From: an uncultured Akkermansia sp.
Lineage (GTDB): Bacteria > Verrucomicrobiota > Verrucomicrobiia > Methylacidiphilales > Verrucolacustridaceae
Reading direction: 5' to 3'
DNA length: 57,680 bases
Assembly (NCBI GenBank): GCA_964655385.1
Contig: CAZZMY010000001.1
Coordinates: 1-57,680 of the forward strand
The translations under genes and the position numbers were made by a program. The notes beneath the pieces were generated by a model. That model was given only the letters and a program-made list of their open reading frames with translations. It was not told the origin of the DNA and did not search any database. The number at the start of each line of letters is the position of its first letter. Position 1 is the stretch's first letter. This document shows positions 1 to 8,937 of this stretch, one piece after another.

Positions 1-131
1 ACCTGCGCAAAATGATGCCGGACGCAAAACTGAAATTCCGCCTGCACCGGGAGATCAACACCAAGCCCACCGAGTGCCCCGGAAAACTTTTCCCCAGCCA
101 AGCCATTCACGACATCCTGGACGCGAACTGA
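1..131 (+). CDS. Partial (C-terminus) N-acetylmuramoyl-L-alanine amidase, Amidase_2/PGRP-like
   Basis: Frame starting at nt 3 reads LRKMMPDAKLKFRLHREINTKPTECPGKLFPSQAIHDILDAN*; the H-x(n)-T-x-CPG-x-x-FP pattern is typical of the Amidase_2 C-terminus. 5' end is outside the window. Confidence 0.65.
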   Translation, partial: LRKMMPDAKLKFRLHREINTKPTECPGKLFPSQAIHDILDAN

Positions 132-149
132 ATGCCGCCGGGACAACGC

Positions 150-554
150 TCAGGACGCCAACGGCTGGAACCCGACCCAAACTCTCCGCGTGCGCGGCCC
201 GTCAAACTCCGCGAAATAGATCATCTGCCAGGTGCCAAAACGCAGTTTCCCTTTTTCCAGCGGCCAGGCCAGGTGATTGCCCAACATGGCGGCTTTGAGA
301 TGCGCCGCCGAGTTGCCTTCCCCATGGCGGTACTCCCGGTTCTCCCACGGCACGGCCCTCTCCAGCGCCAGATCCATGTCGTGCCGCACGTCCGGATCCG
401 CGCCTTCCTGAATCGTCACGGCTGCCGTAGTATGGGGAATGACGATGTGGAGCAACCCGTCCCGCCACCCCCGCTGGGCGGCAACTTTCTCCAAAAGTTG
501 TGCGATGGGCATAAATTCGGTATGGCTCCGTGTGGTGATCACGATTTCTTCCAT
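150..554 (-). CDS. yjbQ: YjbQ family protein (secondary thiamine-phosphate synthase, UPF0047)
   Basis: Motifs PHTTAA, HGEGNSAAHLKA and GTWQMIYFAEFDGPR; start placed at MEEIV (554) inside the longer ORF 150..1031. Confidence 0.92.
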   Translation of the reverse strand: MEEIVITTRSHTEFMPIAQLLEKVAAQRGWRDGLLHIVIPHTTAAVTIQEGADPDVRHDMDLALERAVPWENREYRHGEGNSAAHLKAAMLGNHLAWPLEKGKLRFGTWQMIYFAEFDGPRTRRVWVGFQPLAS

Positions 555-566
555 GGTTGAAGGCAT

Positions 567-1565
567 ATGATAGTCGTAACAGGCGGAACCGGCTTTGTCG
601 GGCGGGAAATTTGCCGGGCTTTGGCGTCGGAGGGCTTGGCCGTCCGCGCCTTGGCTCGCAGACCCCCCCCACAGCCCCTCCCAGCCGGAGTGGAATTTTT
701 TCCCGGGGATGTGACCCAACCCGAAACCCTCCGTATGGCGTTTCGCGGGGCCAAAGCGGTGATTCACACCGTGGGCATCATTTGCGAACACGGGGCCCAA
801 ACGTTCGAGCGAATCCATGTCCAAGGAACCGCCCATGTCTTGGCGGCGGCGCAGGCGGCGGGCGTTCCCCGCACTCTTCATCTCAGCGCCTTGGGCACCC
901 GCCCCGGTGCGGCCTCCCGCTACCACCAGACAAAATGGGCCGCCGAGGAACTTGTTCGCTCCAGCGGCCTGGCTTACACCATCTTTCGGCCCTCGCTGAT
1001 TTATGGGAAAGGCGATGCCTTCACCAATCATCTCGCCTCCTTGATGCGTCCTCCGCTTTCCTGGCTTTCCGGCGGATTTCTCCCGATCCCAGGAGGAGAA
1101 GATGTCATCCTGCAGCCGGTGGCGGTCGGTGAGGTGGCGGAGGCCATGGTCCGCTCCCTCGGGCAGACGGCCGCGGTGGGAAAGACGTTTGACCTCTGCG
1201 GATCATCCGTCTCCTTGAAAGATCTCAGTTTGGCCATTGCCCACGCCATGGGACGCTTTCCCACCTGGGTGGAACAACCGCCCGATGTGGTTCTAGGCAT
1301 GAGCCCCTGGCTATGGCTCCGGGCCTCCAAACCGGTGCTTTTCCCCCTCCCCCTCAAACTCTGCCGGATCGCCGCTTCGGTGTTGGAAAGGATTCTCCCC
1401 CATCCCCCTTTGACCACCGACCAGGTGATTATGCTGGAGGAGGGTCAATGCGGGGACGCCACTCCCGCACAAAATCTTTTTGGATTTTACCCGATCTCCT
1501 TGCGTGAGGGTTTGGCCGCATATCTCGCTCCCCGGTCAGGTGGCCGAGAGGATCCTCGGGCGTGA
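567..1565 (+). CDS. NAD-dependent epimerase, complex I NDUFA9-like atypical SDR
   Basis: N-terminal TGGTGFVG Rossmann motif, HLSALG, YHQTKWAAE (YxxxK), FRPSLIYG. Confidence 0.88.
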   Translation: MIVVTGGTGFVGREICRALASEGLAVRALARRPPPQPLPAGVEFFPGDVTQPETLRMAFRGAKAVIHTVGIICEHGAQTFERIHVQGTAHVLAAAQAAGVPRTLHLSALGTRPGAASRYHQTKWAAEELVRSSGLAYTIFRPSLIYGKGDAFTNHLASLMRPPLSWLSGGFLPIPGGEDVILQPVAVGEVAEAMVRSLGQTAAVGKTFDLCGSSVSLKDLSLAIAHAMGRFPTWVEQPPDVVLGMSPWLWLRASKPVLFPLPLKLCRIAASVLERILPHPPLTTDQVIMLEEGQCGDATPAQNLFGFYPISLREGLAAYLAPRSGGREDPRA

Positions 1566-2452
1566 GCGAAGCCGCCCGCACCACCCGAATTCGCCGGGTC
1601 CTGCTGGTTGCTCTGACGGTCAATGCCCTCCTGGCAGCCTTCAAATTCGGCATTGGGTGGAAATTGGGAAGTTTGGGGGTTCTCTCGGATGCGGTGCACT
1701 CCCTCCTTGATGGAGCCGCCAGCGTCATCGCCCTGATCGGTATCACCGCCGCCGCCCGCCCCCCCGACCCCGGCCATCCCTACGGCCACCGCAAATTTGA
1801 AATCCTCACCACCATCATCGTGGCCGGCCTTCTTTTTCTCAGTGCCTGGGAGATTCTGGGCGCTGCGGTTCATCGGTTGATGCACCGGGGACCCGCCCCG
1901 GATTTCAGCTGGTGGGGCATGGGTCTCCTGACCCTGGGCTTGGGAGCCAGCTATGTTCTCTCCTCTTGGGAAAAACGCGCAGGGCTGGAGGTTTCCAGCC
2001 CGCTCCTCCTCGCCGATGCGGCTCATACCCGGACGGATGTCTACTCCTCGGTTTTGGCCATTGCGGCGGTGGGCAGCGGCAGAATCGGCATGGACTGGCT
2101 CGATCCCCTATTGGCCATCGGCATCGTGCTGTTTCTCGGCCGAGCCATTTACGAAATTTTCCTCGAGGGAGTAAAGGTGGTGTCGGATGCCACCCGGTTG
2201 GACCCCGAGTTGATCCGATCGGTGGCGGAGGATGTGGACGGGGTGCGGGGCGCCCACGCCATCCGTTCCCACGGCATGACCAACGACATCCACATCGACC
2301 TTCACATTCAGGTGGAGGAGGAGTTGACCACGCGGCAGGTCTTCGAGATCGAAAACCGGGTCACTGAAGCTCTCCGGCAGAAGTTCCCCGGAGTCACCCA
2401 CGTGGCCCTGCGTCATGAGCCCCGTGGCACCCCACCGGAAGAGGATGCCTGA
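1562..2452 (+). CDS. Cation diffusion facilitator family transporter (FieF-like)
   Basis: SDAVHSLLD, HPYGHRKFE and ADAAHTRTD signatures; hydrophobic TM domain plus C-terminal dimerisation domain; GTGA overlap with upstream gene. Confidence 0.93.
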   Translation: MSEAARTTRIRRVLLVALTVNALLAAFKFGIGWKLGSLGVLSDAVHSLLDGAASVIALIGITAAARPPDPGHPYGHRKFEILTTIIVAGLLFLSAWEILGAAVHRLMHRGPAPDFSWWGMGLLTLGLGASYVLSSWEKRAGLEVSSPLLLADAAHTRTDVYSSVLAIAAVGSGRIGMDWLDPLLAIGIVLFLGRAIYEIFLEGVKVVSDATRLDPELIRSVAEDVDGVRGAHAIRSHGMTNDIHIDLHIQVEEELTTRQVFEIENRVTEALRQKFPGVTHVALRHEPRGTPPEEDA

Positions 2453-3476
2453 TCTTCCCCTGACCCGGCGCCTTCTGGAAGAGGGTCTGGGAAGCCAACG
2501 GTGGAGCGGTTACACCCTTGCCGGATTCCACCTCGGCCAGCCGTTCTCACTTTCCGGGGGAAAAGTTTCCCGCCCGGACGCCTCTGTCTGTTGGTACTCC
2601 GCCGGCAAGCCTGTGGTTTCCGTCGGTGTGCTTCGGTTGCTTGAAACAAAGCCCGAATTATGGGATCGGCCCATGCGCGATACGTTCCCCGAACTCGGGG
2701 ATTCCCATTTCGGAAAATCGAATTTATTCACCCTGCTCACCCATCAAACCGGACTTTGCTTTGCCCAACTCGACCTTTCGGCCGCGGAAAGTGAAATCTA
2801 CCGGACCTTGGCCCAAGCCAAGCCCTCCGATTTCAAGCTTCAAGCGGGCCAACCGGCCTATGACCCGCGCGGGGCATGGTGGATTTTAAGTCAATGGCTA
2901 AGCCGCCATTCGGAGCGCCCCTGGACTGAATATCTTCATGAGAACGTTTTGGAGCCGGCGGGTTGCGAAAAGATGTTCTTCACGCAAAAAAACCGTGAGG
3001 CGGAAATTCCGATGGAAGAGTGGAAGTCCGGAAAGTGGGAGCGAGCGCCGGTCATGCCGGAACGGGGAAACTTATGCGGTTCCTCGCAGGACCTCGCCCG
3101 TTTTTACCAAACCCTAATGGCCGGCGGGGTCAACCCGGAGAATGGCCAAAGGATTCTTCAGTCCGCCTCCATGGAAAAGTTTCTTTATCGATGGCGCAAG
3201 GGCCTGAAGGATCTGACGTTTCTCCATATCCTGGATTTCGGGCTGGGCGTGATTCTCGATAGTAATGCCTACGGAGCCGCCACGGTTCCTTACGGATTTG
3301 GCACCGCCTCATCAGAACGCGCTTTCGGTCATGGAGGCTCCCGCTCCTCGATCGGTTTTGCTGACCCGTCTGCCGATCTGGTGGTTGCGTGCTGCCTGAT
3401 GGGACAAGTCTCGGAGCCCCGCCATCAGGCCCGCATGAGGGAGTTGCTCGACCTCTTGCGTTCGGAATTGGCCTAG
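2445..3476 (+). CDS. Serine hydrolase, beta-lactamase family (EstB-like)
   Basis: SAGK (SxxK), LLTHQTGL, FGHGG; start at MPDLP overlapping the upstream stop. Confidence 0.85.
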   Translation: MPDLPLTRRLLEEGLGSQRWSGYTLAGFHLGQPFSLSGGKVSRPDASVCWYSAGKPVVSVGVLRLLETKPELWDRPMRDTFPELGDSHFGKSNLFTLLTHQTGLCFAQLDLSAAESEIYRTLAQAKPSDFKLQAGQPAYDPRGAWWILSQWLSRHSERPWTEYLHENVLEPAGCEKMFFTQKNREAEIPMEEWKSGKWERAPVMPERGNLCGSSQDLARFYQTLMAGGVNPENGQRILQSASMEKFLYRWRKGLKDLTFLHILDFGLGVILDSNAYGAATVPYGFGTASSERAFGHGGSRSSIGFADPSADLVVACCLMGQVSEPRHQARMRELLDLLRSELA

Positions 3477-3501
3477 CCCCCCTGTCCTTCTACCGTACCT
3501 C

Positions 3502-4635
3502 ATGGCCAAGGGCAGGATGGCGTGGCTGGATGTGACCAAAGGCTGGGCAATTCTTTGGGTCGTCTATTTTCATTCGTTTACCTGCTGGATCAAACCGCCC
3601 TCCCCGATCGGCTCCGATTTCATCACCGACGTCGTCCGACCTGAAACATGGACCGGGGCACTTCCTTTCCTCCACTCCATCGGTCGCTCCATTTTTTTGG
3701 GTGTGTCGATGCTCGGATTTCATGCGGTGGGACTTTTCCTGGTCGCCAGCGGGTTCGTGCTGGCCCAATCCGCCGTTCGGGCGGCGGAAAAACCCGGAGG
3801 GGTGGCCTGGGGATCCTGGATCCTGCACCGGCTTGTCCGCCTTTACCCCATGTACTGGTTCGCCCATCTCATCTATCTAATCAGTCCCTTCGAGGCACGG
3901 TTGGAGCCAGTGGACTGGCGGTTCGCCGTCAGTCTCAGCGGTCTCCGGTTCCTGTGGATCGACTACAACTTTTTTTACCTGAATGCCGCTTGGTGGTACT
4001 TCTGCCTGATCATCCAGCTGTTTGCCCTCTTCCCGATCCTGATGGCGGGATTGCGCAAGTGGGGACCCGTGGCCTTTTTGGTCGCAGCCGTGGCCGTCGG
4101 TTTCTTTGCCCGGGTCTATCTTCTCTACCTGCACCCCTCGAGCGGACAGTGGGTTCTGGGCGGATGCGGCCTGAGTCGCCTGCCGGAATTCGCCCTCGGC
4201 ATGGTATTGGGCGCCTGGTACGCCCGAAATCCCGACACGTTTGAGAACTGGCTCCTGCGTGGCCGCGGATTTATCACGGGTCTTCTGCTTTATCCTGTGG
4301 CCCTGGCTGTTTACCAAATTCCCCACGGCTACGTGGCGGTGGATTTTCTTACGGGAGCCGCCTGTTTCCTCGTGGTCGCCGGCGCCTCTGGTTTCTGGGC
4401 AAAGATTCCCGGTTTGGGCCAAGCCCTGGCGCTGGCGGGATCTTTTTCCTACGGGATCTATCTCGTGCATCAACCCTACGCGATACACTTTGCCTCTTTT
4501 CTCAAGGGCAAGTCCTCATGGATCGCCATCCCGTCCCTGCTGCTGCTTGCCACGGGTCTAGCCATTTGGGGGGGTTATCTCGAAAAAGTTTTAAATTCGT
4601 GGTTTTCGCCAAAGACGGGCAAGCCTCGGAGTTAA
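3502..4635 (+). CDS. Acyltransferase family 3 (membrane O-acyltransferase)
   Basis: WLDVTKGWAILWVVYFH, LFLVASGF, RLVRLYPMY, SYGIYLVH; about 10 hydrophobic segments. Confidence 0.9.
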   Translation: MAKGRMAWLDVTKGWAILWVVYFHSFTCWIKPPSPIGSDFITDVVRPETWTGALPFLHSIGRSIFLGVSMLGFHAVGLFLVASGFVLAQSAVRAAEKPGGVAWGSWILHRLVRLYPMYWFAHLIYLISPFEARLEPVDWRFAVSLSGLRFLWIDYNFFYLNAAWWYFCLIIQLFALFPILMAGLRKWGPVAFLVAAVAVGFFARVYLLYLHPSSGQWVLGGCGLSRLPEFALGMVLGAWYARNPDTFENWLLRGRGFITGLLLYPVALAVYQIPHGYVAVDFLTGAACFLVVAGASGFWAKIPGLGQALALAGSFSYGIYLVHQPYAIHFASFLKGKSSWIAIPSLLLLATGLAIWGGYLEKVLNSWFSPKTGKPRS

Positions 4636-4649
4636 ATCAGTGGAAGCTC

Positions 4650-4988
4650 GAACATTCACGCTCGGGGCTTCAACCTAGCCCGCCGGGAAGTCGGGCCCTA
4701 ACTAGTTAACCCTTGCAGCACCCAAACTTCGGTAGGGCGGGCTTGATGAGCCCGCCTAGTTCAAGCCCTTAAAAACGGAACATTCACCTAGGCTCCCTCA
4801 TCGAGGGCCCCCCACCATAACCACAAATTTAAAACCATTGTTCGGATCATTGATCCAACCCGGCCCGCCGGGAAGTCGGGCCCTACCTAGTTTAAGTATT
4901 TCAGTCCCAGGGGCTCAGTCAGGGCGGGCTCGATGAGCCCGCCTAGTTCAAGCCCTCAAAAACGGAACATTCACCTAGGCGCCCTACC
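4650..4988. repeat. Intergenic cluster of GTAG-type REP palindromes (BIME/REPIN-like), tandemly duplicated
   Basis: Unit A GCCCGCCGGGAAGTCGGGCCCTA[A/C]CTAGTT at 4678-4707 and 4863-4892. Unit B (60 nt, 2 mismatches) at 4734-4793 and 4921-4980 contains the hairpin GGCGGGCT-n5-AGCCCGCC, preceded by GGTAG in copy 1. Confidence 0.85.
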
Positions 4989-5056
4989 TGTGCGTCCGTG
5001 TAGCAAAAGCAACGATCCATTGAACTAACTCACTTGAATCGCTAAAGATGGTGTTT

Positions 5057-5419
5057 ATGCCGATCACGCTCCGGAGAAAGTTCGATTTTGAGGCCGCCCA
5101 GCACCTGCCCTCGTTTCCCGAGGGCCACAAGTGCCGTCGGATGCACGGTCACAGCTTCGGGCTGGAGGTCTGCGTCGCCGGATCGGTTGACCCCAAATCC
5201 GGCCTTCTCTACGACCATGCCAAAATCGCCGAGGCGGTCCGTCCTCTTTTGGCTAAGCTGGACCATTCCTGCCTCAATGAGACGCCGGGGCTGGAAAATC
5301 CCACCCTTGAGGTCATGTGCCAGTGGTTCTGGAAGCAATTAAGCCCTCTTCTGCCCGGCCTGTCCGAAATCACCCTGCACGAGACTCCCCGTGCTTCGTG
5401 CACCTATCGGGGAGATTGA
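5057..5419 (+). CDS. queD: 6-carboxy-5,6,7,8-tetrahydropterin synthase
   Basis: FEAAQHLP, KCRRMHGHS, LDHSCLN, LENPTLE, LHET; alternative start at 5048. Confidence 0.92.
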   Translation: MPITLRRKFDFEAAQHLPSFPEGHKCRRMHGHSFGLEVCVAGSVDPKSGLLYDHAKIAEAVRPLLAKLDHSCLNETPGLENPTLEVMCQWFWKQLSPLLPGLSEITLHETPRASCTYRGD

Positions 5420-5421
5420 AA

Positions 5422-6276
5422 ATGGCCACCCGTTCCTTTGTCACCATTGGTTTGGTGGGTCCGGACCGGACCGGCGCCATCGCCGCGGTAACCCAACAAC
5501 TTTTCCGTATGGGCGCCAATATCGAATCGCTTGAAGAGCAGGTCGCGCGCGGCAAGTTCCGCATGACCCTGCTGGCCTCTTGGCCGGGCGCCAAACTGGA
5601 AACCCCCCGAATCCGTCACGAACTCGAGGCTCTGGCGAGCCATCTCCGGATGAAACTCACACTCCGCTTTGCCGATGCCTCCCGCAACCGCCGGCGCCTG
5701 GCAATTCTCGTTTCGAAAGAGACCCACGCCCTCGAAGCCATCCTTAAGGATTGGAAAGCCCGCCGCCTGGCCGCCGACCCGGTCCTGGTGGCCGGCAATC
5801 ATCCCCAACTCGGAAAGATCGCCCGCCGCCATGGCTTGCCCTTCCGCCTGATCAACTACCGGGACCGGCAAAGAGCTGAACTGGCCCTGCAGGAACATCT
5901 GGAGAAAGCCGGCGTCGACCTCGTGGTCTTGGCCCGGTTCATGAAAATTCTGTCACCCGACTTCGTCTGGCACTGGAAAAACCGGATTCTTAACATTCAT
6001 CCCTCCCTACTCCCCGCCTTTCCTGGGGCTTCCGCCTACCGCCAAGCCTACGACAAAGGGGTGAAGATTGTCGGCGTAACCGCCCACTTCGTGACGCCCG
6101 ACCTCGACCAAGGTCCCATTCTTTGCCAGGACGCCCTTCGTCTTCGCCCGGACGAGCCTCTCGCCAGCATCATCGCCCGTGGCCAAAAACTAGAAGCCTC
6201 GTGTCTTCTCCGCGCCCTCAAGCTGTGTCTCAGCCGCCAGTTGGATGTTCACTGGGGCCGGGTGCACGGCGTTTAG
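5422..6276 (+). CDS. purU: Formyltetrahydrofolate deformylase
   Basis: N-terminal ACT domain (GPDRTGAIAAV); LARFMKILS, NIHPSLLPAFPG, GVKIVGVTAHFVTPDLDQGPI. Confidence 0.93.
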   Translation: MATRSFVTIGLVGPDRTGAIAAVTQQLFRMGANIESLEEQVARGKFRMTLLASWPGAKLETPRIRHELEALASHLRMKLTLRFADASRNRRRLAILVSKETHALEAILKDWKARRLAADPVLVAGNHPQLGKIARRHGLPFRLINYRDRQRAELALQEHLEKAGVDLVVLARFMKILSPDFVWHWKNRILNIHPSLLPAFPGASAYRQAYDKGVKIVGVTAHFVTPDLDQGPILCQDALRLRPDEPLASIIARGQKLEASCLLRALKLCLSRQLDVHWGRVHGV

Positions 6277-6776
6277 GGTTTGGCGTTCTCCTCTTTTTTG
6301 TCCGCCCCATCACTCGGTCCCTCAGCCGAGGGGGTTTCGGCTGGCGTTGTCACTTTGGGAGCCGATTCAGCGCCGACTTTGACGAACTTCACGGGACCTT
6401 TTCTTCCCAATCCGTTCTTCCAGGTCCCGGAAAGGGTTTTGGCATCGGAAGAGATCTCCAACTCCAACTCAACTTTGGGATCAAAGTCCGGTTTGGGCAG
6501 CTTGGTATAGGTCAAAGGCAGCTTCACCCGGGAGCCCTCGATGGTTCCTTTGCCATGCCAGACTCCCGGTCCCCCACCCGCCCAAACCCCATAACCTGCC
6601 ACATGAAGGAAAGCGCCCTCCTGCGAGACAATGATCGCCGACTGACCGATGCCCACCGCCGTGTTCTTCCACAATCCGGCCAAATCAGCCTCCGCTCCCC
6701 AAACCCGGACCGAGGTCCATCCCGTCACAGCCAAAACCCATAGCAGGCGAGTCATGGAGGGCAGAGTGCTCCTCAT
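6273..6776 (-). CDS. Exported hypothetical protein, possible beta-barrel (GxW motifs)
   Basis: Signal-peptide-like N-terminus, DLAGLWK and LSGTWK motifs, alternating beta strands, low-complexity tail; ATGA overlap with murQ. Confidence 0.6.
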   Translation of the reverse strand: MRSTLPSMTRLLWVLAVTGWTSVRVWGAEADLAGLWKNTAVGIGQSAIIVSQEGAFLHVAGYGVWAGGGPGVWHGKGTIEGSRVKLPLTYTKLPKPDFDPKVELELEISSDAKTLSGTWKNGLGRKGPVKFVKVGAESAPKVTTPAETPSAEGPSDGADKKEENAKP

Positions 6777-8572
6777 CGCCTCTTCGGCAAGCGGGAAACC
6801 TTTTTCAATCTTTCCACCGCCAAAGTCACCCTGCCCCCCGCATCTCGCAGGGCCCGGTCCGCCTCCTCGACCCCCGCTTGGGTCAAGATGCGGACCAGAC
6901 GAATGGCCCGAGCCTTCAATTTTTCATTCGAAGGCACCACATGAACCATGAGGTTGTCGTACACCCGGCCCAATCGGATCATCGCCACGGAGCTAAGAAT
7001 GTTACAGACCATCTTGGTCACCGTTCCGGCCTTTAACCGGGTGGAACCGGCGATCAACTCCGGTCCGACATCCAGCCCCACAACGGAATCCGGCTGGATT
7101 CCCCCCCGCTCGGGCTTCCACCGCGGATGGGCGGTGACCAAAACGGTGGCGGCTCCGGCCCGGGCTCCCGCCTGCAACGCCCCGTGCACGAACGGGGTCC
7201 GTCCACTGGCGGTCAACCCGACCAGCACATCTTTCTTTCCGATTCTTCTCTCACGAACCGCCCGCCCGCCCGCCTCAGCATCATCCTCCGCCCCCTCTTG
7301 GGCCCGGAAAATCGCCTCGGGGCCTCCCGCCAAAATGGCCTGCACCTGCTCCGGCGGGGCATGGAAAGTCGGGGGCATTTCGCTGGCATCCAAAACCCCC
7401 AAACGTCCACTCGTTCCAGCACCGACATAAAAAAGTCGCCCTCCCCTTTGCAAGGCACGGGAAACGATTTCCGCAGCCTGCCGGATCTCTTTTTTCGCCC
7501 CCGCCAATGCCCTCACCGTGAAGGCCTCCTCCTCCACAAAGAGCCGCACCAACTGATCCACGGATTTTGCATGCAAGCCCCGCGACCGAGGATTGGATTG
7601 CTCCGTGGGCAGGGACTCCACGGCCACCCGTTTTTCAGCCGATTCTTTTCTAATTCCCAAGCCTGATACACCGGACCCGGCCATCCGTGCCGCACCCACG
7701 GCTCCCGGGGTGCGCAGAAACATGGTAGCTACTCCTGGACACCGACGACGAAGGGCCGATTGGAAGGCAGAACGGTAAACCGGATGATCAAAAAGCCCGC
7801 CGGTTAAGGCGAGTTGGGGCCGACTGACCCTGAGCCGCAGGGCCAACCAGTTGACCGAATCGACCAGAGACTCCGCGGCATCTTGCACCGCTTTTTTGGC
7901 CAACCGATCCCCCCGATCGGCAGCCCGCAAAATCACCGGGGCAAATCCAGCCAGCCACTCTTTCCCTTTTTGGCGATAAACCTCCCGAAGCAGCCGATCC
8001 AGATCCGCCGCCCCGGCATGCGCCATCAAGGCCGACGCCAGTGCAGGTGGTCTACCTTCACGATCGCGGATTTGAAAAACCTCCGCCAAGGCACGCCGGC
8101 CAAGGTCGTACCCGCTTCCTCCATCCCCCAACAGGTGCCCGTGTCCTCCCGCACTGGTCTTTTTTCCATTTTTTCTTCCCACAACATTGCTCCCCGTGCC
8201 GGCTATAACCAAAAACCCGTCCCCCGTGCCCCAAGCCGCGGCTAGGGCGGAGTCCACATCTTGCCCCACCACCACTTTTTTAACTTTGGGCCAGACCGAA
8301 CGAACGACAGAACGAATCAGGGAAAATTCCGGGACTCCCCTCGCACCGGCAAAACCACCTCCAATGGCTAGCGGTTGGTGAGGCAGAGCGCGTGAAATCT
8401 GACGAAAAATCCTCTTTAGCCCGTCCGCACCCACCAGCATGACGTTTCCCGGCCCCGCTTGCCCCTGCGCCACAATCCTGCCACCCGCTCCCAGCAAAAC
8501 CCAGGTCGTCTTGGTGCCCCCACCCTCGATGCCAAGGATGGGGGCCGCTTCTTTCACGTTGCCCTGCTTCAC
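6773..8572 (-). CDS. murQ: Fused BadF-type N-acetylamino-sugar kinase / N-acetylmuramic acid 6-phosphate etherase
   Basis: N-half GIEGGGTKT, IAGTGS, GHLLGDGGSG (BadF/NagK-like); C-half TEQSNPRS, GAGTSGRLGVLDASE, EGAEDD, GPELIAGSTRLKAGT, NLMV (MurQ). Confidence 0.93.
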   Translation of the reverse strand: MKQGNVKEAAPILGIEGGGTKTTWVLLGAGGRIVAQGQAGPGNVMLVGADGLKRIFRQISRALPHQPLAIGGGFAGARGVPEFSLIRSVVRSVWPKVKKVVVGQDVDSALAAAWGTGDGFLVIAGTGSNVVGRKNGKKTSAGGHGHLLGDGGSGYDLGRRALAEVFQIRDREGRPPALASALMAHAGAADLDRLLREVYRQKGKEWLAGFAPVILRAADRGDRLAKKAVQDAAESLVDSVNWLALRLRVSRPQLALTGGLFDHPVYRSAFQSALRRRCPGVATMFLRTPGAVGAARMAGSGVSGLGIRKESAEKRVAVESLPTEQSNPRSRGLHAKSVDQLVRLFVEEEAFTVRALAGAKKEIRQAAEIVSRALQRGGRLFYVGAGTSGRLGVLDASEMPPTFHAPPEQVQAILAGGPEAIFRAQEGAEDDAEAGGRAVRERRIGKKDVLVGLTASGRTPFVHGALQAGARAGAATVLVTAHPRWKPERGGIQPDSVVGLDVGPELIAGSTRLKAGTVTKMVCNILSSVAMIRLGRVYDNLMVHVVPSNEKLKARAIRLVRILTQAGVEEADRALRDAGGRVTLAVERLKKVSRLPKRR

Positions 8573-8595
8573 TCTCCGTTCAAAATGCCCTTCCG

Positions 8596-8937
8596 ATGAG
8601 TTCTCTGCGATGGAAAAACTTTCTCCCGCCCGCCCTTTACTATGCCGCCATCCTTAGCGTTTCGACCCTGCCGGCGAGCCGGATTGAAAAAGTGAACTCC
8701 ATCATTCCCCTGCCCAACGACAAGCTCATGCATCTGGCCGTCTACACCGGTTTTGGCTTTGTGCTCGCCGCCCTTCCATACCCCCCGGCCGCCATCGGTA
8801 TGACGGGATCCGCCTTAGGCGCCCTCGATGAGCAGTCCCAAAGGCTTTCCCCCGGCCGCGATGTCTCGGTGCGCGACTGGATCGCCGATGTCCTGGGGAT
8901 TTCCCTGGGCATCTTGCTCCGCCGACGACGCCGGTGA
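8596..8937 (+). CDS. VanZ family membrane protein
   Basis: DKLMHLAVY and GALDEQSQRLSPGRDVSVRDWIAD motifs. Confidence 0.88.
   Translation: MSSLRWKNFLPPALYYAAILSVSTLPASRIEKVNSIIPLPNDKLMHLAVYTGFGFVLAALPYPPAAIGMTGSALGALDEQSQRLSPGRDVSVRDWIADVLGISLGILLRRRRR

Noticed and set aside
4650-4988. CRISPR array interpretation of the repeats
   Set aside because: Only two copies each of two different units, irregular spacing, duplicated spacer sequence and no cas genes; the GTAG plus hairpin form fits REPs.
4985-5056. preQ1 riboswitch upstream of queD
   Set aside because: No short stem with the GUUC/GUCG-type loop followed by the A-rich tail; the segment looks like a plain promoter (TTGAAC at 5020).
8870-8937. 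Exosortase sorting tail in VanZ (hydrophobic helix plus RRRRR)
   Set aside because: No PEP-like motif; it is the normal last TM helix of VanZ.
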